This document shows, piece after piece, positions 56,732 through 64,000 of a DNA stretch of 64,000 nt; the stretch's first letter is position 1; every line of letters begins with the position of its first letter. The translations under genes and the position numbers were made by a program. The stretch spans positions 3,552,001-3,616,000 of the forward strand of contig CBDCDZ010000004.1 in the NCBI GenBank assembly GCA_965215565.1, written 5' to 3'. Under the pieces are notes generated by a model. The model saw only the letters and a list, made by a program, of their open reading frames with translations. It made no database searches and had not been told where the DNA came from. Origin of the DNA: Trueperaceae bacterium (GTDB lineage: Bacteria > Deinococcota > Deinococci > Deinococcales > Trueperaceae).

Positions 56732-58294
56732 CTACCGTCTCGCTTCCGCCCGCCCTCTTGACCTCCGTCTATTCGGTTTGCCCTGCGGTTTACTTCTCGG
56801 TTTCGTGAGGGGCGCTCTAGCTTTGCTGACCTCTAAGGTGTCAACATCGAGGTCCGCTTTGTCGGGGCGAACGTCTGCGTATGCGCCTTTGACAGTCAGC
56901 TCGATGCGTCCAAGCTCGCCCGCGTCGGCGTCTTTGAGTTGGCGCACGACGTGACCCACCGTGCCGATGTTGCCTTCTAAACCGAGTGTCACCCAGCCCT
57001 CTTCGCCTGTGAGGAGGCTCTTGGGTGCGGGTGCGCCGCCTAAGAGAAGGGCGAAAAGTCCGGCTAACGTCTCGCTGTCGCCGCTCTCGAGTAGTTCCTC
57101 CGCCGTCTCGCGCCAGAAGGTTTTGTCCTCTTCGGATTGTGACTGGGCGTTGCTGAGAAGACGCTCGAGTTTAAGGTCTTGCACCCGCTCGGGCGTCGGC
57201 GCAGCGGTTTTAGTGAACTTGCGGGCGACGGCACGCTCGAGGAGCGCCAAGTCGCGCTTCTCGCGGGTTCCGTAGAGAAGGACGACGGTGCCCTCACGCC
57301 CCGCCCGCCCGGTGCGCCCGGAGCGGTGCTGATAGGCGTCCGTGTCGCTCGGGATGCGGTAGTGGACGACTAAATCCACCTCGGGAATGTCCAAGCCTCG
57401 CGCCGCAACGTTCGTGCCGATGAGCGCGTTGACTTGTCCCGAACGAAACCGCGCCAGGACGCGCTCGCGCTGGGTCTGGTTGAGGTCGCCGTGGATGGCT
57501 TCCGCGCCGTGCCCGTTCGCGTTCAGCTCTTTGGCGAGTTTGTCAACCTCGGCTTTAGTGTGCGTGAAGATAATCGTCTTCTCGCCGTGGTGCGCGTGCA
57601 AGAGGTCGGACAAGATGCCGAGGCGCTGGTTGACGTTCGCCTCGATCGCCAACTCCTCATAGCTGACCTCTTCTTCGCGCATGAGGTCGGCGTGCTCGGG
57701 GTCTACAAGGTGCTTTTTTGCCAAGTTCTTCGCCCAACGCGGTAGCGTCGCGGAGAAGAACATGGTTTGGCGCTCGCTCGGCGTGGCGGCAAGAAGCGTT
57801 TCCACGTCCTCTTCGAAGCCCATCGAGAGCATTTCATCCGCTTCATCTAGGACGACGAATTGGACGCCCCCGAGGTCCAGCACGCCCCGCTGCATGTAGT
57901 CGATCGCCCGCCCCGGCGTCGCTACGACGATGTCACAGCCGCGCTTGAGGTCTGAGGCTTGCTTGCCGTAACCCGTGCCGCCGTAGACCGTCACGACGCT
58001 GAGATGCGGGGCAACCCACTCGAGTTCGCCCGCGACTTGCAGCGCTAACTCGCGCGTCGGCGTGAGAATAAAGGCTCTGGGCGCACGCCCTTTAGTTCTG
58101 TCGGTCTCTAAGCCGCTCGCCATCGGGAGACCGAACGCCAAGGTTTTGCCCGTCCCTGTGCGGGCTTGCCCTAAGATGTCGCGCCCGGCTAAGGAGTGAG
58201 GCAGCGTCGCCGCTTGAATCGGCGTGGGCGTGGTGAAGCCTTTGTTTTGAAGGGTTTTGAGGACGTTTTCGGATAGGGTGTAGTCAGTAAACAT
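56732..58294 (-). CDS. DEAD-box RNA helicase (Hera-like)
   Basis: PTPIQ, TGTGKT, PTRELA, DEAD, SAT, ARGLD and HRSGRTGRAG. Confidence 0.96.
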   Translation of the reverse strand: MFTDYTLSENVLKTLQNKGFTTPTPIQAATLPHSLAGRDILGQARTGTGKTLAFGLPMASGLETDRTKGRAPRAFILTPTRELALQVAGELEWVAPHLSVVTVYGGTGYGKQASDLKRGCDIVVATPGRAIDYMQRGVLDLGGVQFVVLDEADEMLSMGFEEDVETLLAATPSERQTMFFSATLPRWAKNLAKKHLVDPEHADLMREEEVSYEELAIEANVNQRLGILSDLLHAHHGEKTIIFTHTKAEVDKLAKELNANGHGAEAIHGDLNQTQRERVLARFRSGQVNALIGTNVAARGLDIPEVDLVVHYRIPSDTDAYQHRSGRTGRAGREGTVVLLYGTREKRDLALLERAVARKFTKTAAPTPERVQDLKLERLLSNAQSQSEEDKTFWRETAEELLESGDSETLAGLFALLLGGAPAPKSLLTGEEGWVTLGLEGNIGTVGHVVRQLKDADAGELGRIELTVKGAYADVRPDKADLDVDTLEVSKARAPLTKPRSKPQGKPNRRRSRGRAEARR

Positions 58295-58927
58295 AGATGA
58301 CCTTTCATGTCATGCCCCGACGTGTTAGTCGGAAATCCTAGTCGAGCACAACCGTAGAGGGCGTCGCGCTATAACCGTGAAGGTACGGTTTACGCACAAC
58401 GTAAAGCTAAGTTGCAAAGACTAAATTGATATCGGTTAAGTAAGGGAAAAAAGAGTGAAGGGCGGAAGAGTTGAGTTGAACCGGGGGCAGAGAATACGTG
58501 TGCGCTCCCTCGTCCCGTAACTACAGGTCTTACGCGCCTTGCATCCTCGAGATACCGTTTGGAAAAATAAAAACCAGCATCTAAAATTGCCACTGAAAAT
58601 GTGCTTCTCGGTCAACCATTCGCGCTGACCTCTTAGAAGCGTAACACAGAAATAGGAGGGTCATGTGTTCTTGCTTATCCCGCGTTCTTATACCGAGATT
58701 TGATGTTGGATTTTAATGTCGGAATTTGATACCAGGGCCGGTCACAGCACCTTAACTCAACTTGGCAAAAGCCAACGTGCTACGTTTACGACTGCGAAGC
58801 GTTGCGCCCCAACTCTGTGAGTATGCCTTTCGCTCAAAGATGAAGAATACGTTTGGACTTGAACACACGCGACGCCTATCGCTTAGATGAGACCCTGCAA
58901 AGCGCTCGAGTCCTCCCAGGAGCTTTT

Positions 58928-59857
58928 ATGATGGTACAGCGCCGCCCCCTCACCCTAGACCTCGACGTGATCAATATCGCCCTTATCGCCCTAGCCGCCG
59001 CGCTAGCGTACTGGGCTCCGTTCGCAACCTTTTTACTCGCTTACGCAGTTCTCGGTCCACTTCATTACCTTACAGAAATCTCTTGGTTACACGAACGGCG
59101 CTACTTCTCGAGTCGCCTCGGCGTACTGCTACCCTTGGGTCTAGCCCTATGTACCTTCTTTGTAGGTGGAGAGTTGCGCACCTTCTTCATGGTTTGCGCG
59201 TTCGGTTGTGCGTACGCGATCACGTGCAAGTCGCTCTCTTCGCGCCTCGCAGCTTTTTCTATCGTTCCCGTCGCCGCGTTTTTACTCATGCACATCAGTT
59301 TGGCGCAAACCCTTTTTCTGGTACTTCTGCCGACGCTTATTCACGTGAGCGTTTTCACCCTCGTGTTTATGCTCGTGGGAGCAAAGCGCTCAAAGAAAGT
59401 GAGCGCCGCCGCCGCGCCCCTTTGCTACGGCGTCGCGGCGGTGGCGCTCGGACTTATCACGGTGGGCGGCAACTATACGGTGAGCAGCTTCGTCAGCGAG
59501 GCTTACGTTGCGTTCGAAGGTCTCAACCTCGAGGTGATGAACTTAGTAGGTATCCGCAACCCAGACCGTCACGCGGCTATCTACGCCTCGAGCGCCGGGC
59601 TCGCCGTCATGCGCATCATCGCTTTTGCCTACACCTATCACTACTTCAACTGGTTCTCAAAAACCCGCGTCATCGGCTGGCATGAGGTGTCCGGGCGGCG
59701 CATCTTCGCTATTCTGGTCCTCTGGCTGGGATCAGTTGCCTTTTATCTGTACGATTACGTGACCGGAACCTATATGCTCCTCCTACTCTCTTTCGGACAC
59801 GTTATTCTGGAATTTCCCCTCAACCACCTTACGTTCAAGTCGCTGCTGAGCCGTTAG
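58928..59857 (+). CDS. Uncharacterised His-containing polytopic membrane protein
   Basis: GPLHYLTEISWL, LIHV, YTYHYFNWFSKT and HVILEFPLNH. AGGAG SD before ATG 58928. Confidence 0.7.
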   Translation: MMVQRRPLTLDLDVINIALIALAAALAYWAPFATFLLAYAVLGPLHYLTEISWLHERRYFSSRLGVLLPLGLALCTFFVGGELRTFFMVCAFGCAYAITCKSLSSRLAAFSIVPVAAFLLMHISLAQTLFLVLLPTLIHVSVFTLVFMLVGAKRSKKVSAAAAPLCYGVAAVALGLITVGGNYTVSSFVSEAYVAFEGLNLEVMNLVGIRNPDRHAAIYASSAGLAVMRIIAFAYTYHYFNWFSKTRVIGWHEVSGRRIFAILVLWLGSVAFYLYDYVTGTYMLLLLSFGHVILEFPLNHLTFKSLLSR

Positions 59858-59878
59858 GGAGGCTAGGGGCGTCGAGAC

Positions 59879-59993
59879 TAAAGCGGTTATCATAAACATT
59901 GAGTTGAAATGGCGCAGATATCATCCCCTAAAGTGCGTGCTAAACAATGTTCTCTTTAGTGAGATTGGCTCAAACCAGATGCTACCTGCTACA
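59879..59993 (+). mobile_element. MITE-like element, insertion-free 115-bp copy
   Basis: TAAAGCGGTTATCA...GCGCAGATATCATCC...GTGCGTGCTA...CTCAAACCAGATGCTACCTGCTACA. Confidence 0.8.
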
Positions 59994-60168
59994 TAAGAAA
60001 CCATGTTCCAGTATTACACAAGTCAAGCGTCCTGCTCTATTGTCAGCGCAATGACCGGGAGCCTGGTACTTTTTGGTAAGTACATTTATGTCTCATGTAG
60101 GACTACCGGTCAGCCAGTACATTTGCGTCTCGCGAGAGTTCTATGAAGATGGTTAAGATAAAAGGGTC

Positions 60169-60315
60169 ATGGATTCCTTTGCTGCTGCTACAACAGGTTT
60201 AATTTTAGGTTTATTTATCGGTATCTCTATCGGCTTCTTCGAGATTGCACCTTTCTTCGCTCTGGGCGGTGGGGTAGCAGGATTCACCTTCGTAAACAGA
60301 TTGAAGACACGTTGA
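60169..60315 (+). CDS. Putative 48-aa membrane microprotein
   Basis: MDSFAAATTGLILGLFIGISIGFFEIAPFFALGGGVAGFTFVNRLKTR; below the ORF-track length cut-off. Confidence 0.4.
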   Translation: MDSFAAATTGLILGLFIGISIGFFEIAPFFALGGGVAGFTFVNRLKTR

Positions 60316-60682
60316 GAAGTTGGCGTTAGTCCGTTTGCCCTAGCCGCTTTTAGCGCCTATATCATCGCAAAAATTACGAGAGGTCAGCGGCCTCTCGTTT
60401 CATTTATAGTAGACCTCTTACAAAAGTACCGCTTTATCCACTGAGCGCGTCCCTTCGCCTAGCGGGAGCGTATGCGACAGCGAGACCGCGCGACTTCACT
60501 TTGTGCACTACTCATGCCCGCAGGACTTACGCCAGACCGCGTGAACTGCTCGGCAAAAGCAAGAGCCGGGAAGAACACCCGCCGCCCACTTTCGCAAGTC
60601 TAGTTATGCAGCTAGAAACGTTATCTTTAGATAGTTGTTAAACTGATTGATTGTGAGTACGGTTTATCCCAACCTAGAAGCG

Positions 60683-61771
60683 ATGAATCAACTTAGCGCA
60701 GACGCTCCCAAAGTCCTCTGCGCGATGTCGGGCGGTGTGGACTCGTCTGTCGCGACCTCTCTACTCCAAGAGAGAGGCTTCGAGGTGGTGGGCTCCATGC
60801 TGCGCTTCTGGCCCGATGACCGTCCGCGCGGGTCCTTCGACCTCTGCTGCAGCCCCGGCGCAGCTTATGACGCGCGACGCATCGCGGATAAGATCGATGT
60901 GCCCTTTTACCTTTTGGACTACCGCGACAAGTTCGACGAAATCGTTATCGACCCCTTTATCCCGACCTATCAGAAAGGGGAGACGCCCAACCCCTGTGTC
61001 TGGTGCAACCGCGACATCAAGTTCGGCTCGTTCGTGAAGCGGGCGCAGATGCTCGGCTGCGAGTTCATGGCAACGGGTCACTACGTGCGCCGCGTGGACG
61101 GACCGAATGGCGTTGAACTCCACCGTGGGCGCGATGACTCCAAGGACCAAACCTACTTTTTGTGGGCGTTGCCCCGCGAGATTTTGCCGTACCTCTTGTT
61201 TCCATTAGGTGAACTCACTAAAGATGAGGTGCGCGAGATGGCTTCTGAACGCGACTTCATGGTGGCGGAGAAGAAGTCCTCGAGCGGCCTATGCTTCATC
61301 ACCTCTTCGGTCAAGAACTACCTCGCAGAGTTCAGCGAGCCCAACCCTGGTCCGATTCTTGATGCTTTAGATGGTTATAAAGAGATCGGTCAGCATAACG
61401 GCGTCCAGTTCTACACCATCGGGCAACGCAAAGGCCTAGGGCTTTATCACTCGCACTTGGAGCGCTTCGTCGTGGATATTCGCGGTGAAGATAATACCAT
61501 CGTCGTCGGTAGTAGAGAGATGTGCTACGCCGACAAACTCCGCGCTCACAAGGCGAGCTTTTTGACCGATGTCGATAAGCTGCCAACTCGAGTGATGGCG
61601 CAAACACGCTATAGACAAAAACCTGTGGGGGCGCGGCTCGAGCTGTTAGGCGACACCTCTTTTGAGCTTCACTTTGACGAGCCCACCTTTGCGATTACCA
61701 AAGGGCAGTCGGCGGTGGTGTATGACGGGGAGAGGTTGTTGGGTGGTGGGGTGATTCAGGAGCGGTTGTAG
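60683..61771 (+). CDS. mnmA: tRNA 2-thiouridine(34) synthase MnmA
   Basis: AMSGGVDSS, TPNPCVWCN, ATGHY, KDQTYFL, YTIGQRKGL and GQSAVVY. Confidence 0.96.
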   Translation: MNQLSADAPKVLCAMSGGVDSSVATSLLQERGFEVVGSMLRFWPDDRPRGSFDLCCSPGAAYDARRIADKIDVPFYLLDYRDKFDEIVIDPFIPTYQKGETPNPCVWCNRDIKFGSFVKRAQMLGCEFMATGHYVRRVDGPNGVELHRGRDDSKDQTYFLWALPREILPYLLFPLGELTKDEVREMASERDFMVAEKKSSSGLCFITSSVKNYLAEFSEPNPGPILDALDGYKEIGQHNGVQFYTIGQRKGLGLYHSHLERFVVDIRGEDNTIVVGSREMCYADKLRAHKASFLTDVDKLPTRVMAQTRYRQKPVGARLELLGDTSFELHFDEPTFAITKGQSAVVYDGERLLGGGVIQERL

Positions 61772-61855
61772 ATTCAGAAGCTGACAAAAGCGCATCCGAG
61801 AAGAGGTGCGCTTTTTTTGCACAACCTCTCATCTCTTTTTGAGATACAATGTGAT

Positions 61856-62143
61856 GTGCATGTCCTCAGCAAAAGAGCGCTTGTCGCTTTTTGGAAGAAA
61901 CATCCTAAGAGCGAAGCTCCGCTCGAGCGGTGGTACAAAGTTGTTAGCAAAACTGACTTCAAGACGTTCAGCGAGTTGCGCAAAGCATTTCCTAGCGTAG
62001 ATAAAGTAGGGGATTTGTTCGTCTTCAACATCGGCGGCAACAACTATCGGCTCATCGCGGCGATACATTTTGACCGAGGCAAACTTTTCATTCGTCACGT
62101 TTTGACGCACAGAGAGTACGATGAAGAAAGGTGGAAGACATGA
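61856..62143 (+). CDS. higB: Type II toxin HigB family
   Basis: (M)HVLSKR, FPSVDKVG, VFNIGGNNYRLI and LTHREYD. TACAAT lies 5 nt upstream of GTG 61856. Confidence 0.9.
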   Translation: MHVLSKRALVAFWKKHPKSEAPLERWYKVVSKTDFKTFSELRKAFPSVDKVGDLFVFNIGGNNYRLIAAIHFDRGKLFIRHVLTHREYDEERWKT

Positions 62144-62532
62144 GTATTGCAGAGCTAGAAACGCACTGGTCAGCCGTTCGACCTCTTCTCTCGGTTCACA
62201 CCGAAGAAGACTACGATAGAGCAGTTGTCTATCTCAATGAGCTTATTGATGAAGTCGGCATGGATGAGACTCACCCTCTTTACGACCTTTTAGACACACT
62301 TGGCACGGTTTTACACAGCTACGAAGAGGTGCACTACAAAATCCCTGATGTTTCTGGACGAGAGATGCTCCGGTATTTTATGGAAGAGCACGACCTTACT
62401 CAGTCCGATTTGCCTGAAGTCGGTTCTCAAGGCGTGGTATCTGAGCTATTAAGCGGCAAACGTGAACTCAATGCGCGGCACATGCGGGTGTTGGCTGAGC
62501 GGTTTGGTGTGTCGCCAGCGGTGTTTCTCTAA
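62140..62532 (+). CDS. higA: HigA antitoxin (HTH)
   Basis: LTQSDLPEVGSQGVVSELLSGKRELN...RFGVSP; ATGA overlap with higB. Confidence 0.9.
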   Translation: MSIAELETHWSAVRPLLSVHTEEDYDRAVVYLNELIDEVGMDETHPLYDLLDTLGTVLHSYEEVHYKIPDVSGREMLRYFMEEHDLTQSDLPEVGSQGVVSELLSGKRELNARHMRVLAERFGVSPAVFL

Positions 62533-62672
62533 AAAGTGAATTACTTCGGTGAGCAAATTGATAGCCGCTCAACTGACTCATCGCTTATACTGTAGGCAAC
62601 GGTTAAGAATCTAGTTACTGATTCACCTACTTGACAGACCTTGTAGAATAACGTTACTGAAAGGAGGTTAGA

Positions 62673-63089
62673 GTGAGCACACCGTCACTCCTCCAACCAC
62701 GACAGGTTAAACAACTCGCTTCGCCTCATTCTGCTAAGCCTCCGCACCTGTATCACTTAGCACAGAGAGCCGAGAGGTTAGCCGTGCTCGTTGAAGAGGA
62801 TTGGGATTCGCTTTCGGATGAGATGAAGCATCTGCTGACATGTCTTGCTTATGATTCGCTCGAGCAGCCTCGCTTCTCGCTCAAGCACCTCTTCTTACGT
62901 CTGCGCTGGTCTTGGATGGTTGCGTTCGATGATGAAGAAGCATTGTTACAATACCGCGCGTCCTTCATGAGGTTGAGGAATGCCGTACTGGACACCATTG
63001 AAAGCGAGAATGAGGACTACCAGGCTGACTTAGCGGAAGCGTTGTCGTCTTTGAGCTTTGATCCTAACGCTGGTAGAAGAGTTAGATAG
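62673..63089 (+). CDS. Hypothetical helical protein (possible antitoxin)
   Basis: AAGGAGGT SD before GTG; acidic C-terminus; convergent on a RelE-like ORF. Confidence 0.6.
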   Translation: MSTPSLLQPRQVKQLASPHSAKPPHLYHLAQRAERLAVLVEEDWDSLSDEMKHLLTCLAYDSLEQPRFSLKHLFLRLRWSWMVAFDDEEALLQYRASFMRLRNAVLDTIESENEDYQADLAEALSSLSFDPNAGRRVR

Positions 63090-63092
63090 TCG

Positions 63093-63524
63093 TTAGGTGA
63101 TAGAGCGTATTATCCGAGCAATTTCTGCGTCACTAGGTCTTTTTGGATACTCTGCATGAGTGTAAATCCAAAACGGCTGAACGACTTTGTGAGTTTCGCT
63201 GATAAGATACATAATTCTGCCAAGTCGAGCTGGTTTCTCTAATTCAGGAACCTGAAAGTAGAATTTCCAAAATTCCCAGTCAGTCTGCTGGATATTTGCG
63301 GGTAAAGGTTCGGGTTCTAACCTTTGGATGTCTCTGATGACTTCGCGTGCTCGAGGTGGATTTTCTTTGGGAGCATAGGCTAGGACGGTGTAAATGTTTT
63401 CCAACAGCTCATCAAATTTCTCTTTACCTTTAGCATTTTTTCTATAGTGAGTTTTGACGAGCCTCTCATACGTTCTGTCAAAGTGTGGTTGTATGTTGAC
63501 GCGGTAAGGAGGGTCACTGCTCAC
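63093..63524 (-). CDS. Hypothetical protein, RelE/HigB-like pattern
   Basis: YRV...FDRTYERL, FWK, GRIMYLI and IYTH..Y.KRP layout resembles RelE-superfamily RNases. GAGGT SD upstream. Confidence 0.5.
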   Translation of the reverse strand: MSSDPPYRVNIQPHFDRTYERLVKTHYRKNAKGKEKFDELLENIYTVLAYAPKENPPRAREVIRDIQRLEPEPLPANIQQTDWEFWKFYFQVPELEKPARLGRIMYLISETHKVVQPFWIYTHAEYPKRPSDAEIARIIRSIT

Positions 63525-63567
63525 AACTATTTACCTCAAGGGAAAGAAAGGCGCTAAAATACCCGCC

Positions 63568-64000
63568 TTAGCAAAATTTACACTTGCCTAATTGGAGGTC
63601 ATCCGCAAGCCAACTATGAGTGGCAGTAGCTACCTCATTTGGGTTGGCTATATCAACTTCTTTGTATAGCCGCCCAACGAAATCAGTTGGGAGTTGCTCA
63701 ATCGTCTTGTCTTTCAAAAGAGCGCACCTACGACCCGTCATAAGCATTGCCCCAACTTCTATGATGAGGTTGTGATTGAGTCCTCTTTCTACGGTATCTT
63801 CGAAAATACCGATTCCATACTGGCAAGCCCATATGTGAGCAGCAACGTTGCCGTGTAAGTCGTCGTCAATCTGGCGGTCTGACGCCATGTGAAATACAAG
63901 ACCGTGTTGATCTACAACCTCTCGTATGGTGTCAACCGCGCCACGAACGGGGTCATTTGTTTTTGAAGGATATCGCGTCATACAAAAGACGTTATGCTCA
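63568..64000 (-). CDS. TIR-like / nucleoside-deoxyribosyltransferase-like domain protein (5' end outside window)
   Basis: Frame is open to the window edge (EHNVFCMT...). NHNLIIEVG and LPTDFVG motifs. AT-rich relative to the backbone. Confidence 0.6.
   Translation of the reverse strand, partial: EHNVFCMTRYPSKTNDPVRGAVDTIREVVDQHGLVFHMASDRQIDDDLHGNVAAHIWACQYGIGIFEDTVERGLNHNLIIEVGAMLMTGRRCALLKDKTIEQLPTDFVGRLYKEVDIANPNEVATATHSWLADDLQLGKCKFC

Overview
A 64 kb chromosomal window from a GC-rich Deinococcota bacterium. The 16S sequence, the DUF3248/DUF3809 pair, the ATA-initiated infC and many leaderless promoters point to a Truepera/Trueperaceae-like lineage. Most of the window is housekeeping or stress genes: infC-rpmI-rplT, mqnD, pdxS, arginase, phoBR/phoU, mnmE, tmk, mutS/mutL, deoC/ALDH, recJ, a DEAD-box helicase and mnmA. 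There is one stand-alone 16S rRNA gene. The main unexplained items are: (1) a solo AcrVA2/FinQ-like gene convergent on the 16S gene; (2) at least ten copies of a 115-bp TA-flanked MITE-like element, one nested in another, many carrying 21-28-nt hairpin micro-insertions that also occur outside the MITE; (3) a RAYT-type HUH transposase overlapping both mutS and mutL, with a perfect 30-bp GTAG palindrome inside its ORF; (4) a tandemly duplicated 16S promoter-leader; (5) strong over-representation of CTCGAG; and (6) a toxin-antitoxin/TIR-like island at the right edge. Family calls come from motif recall by eye; no database searches were run.
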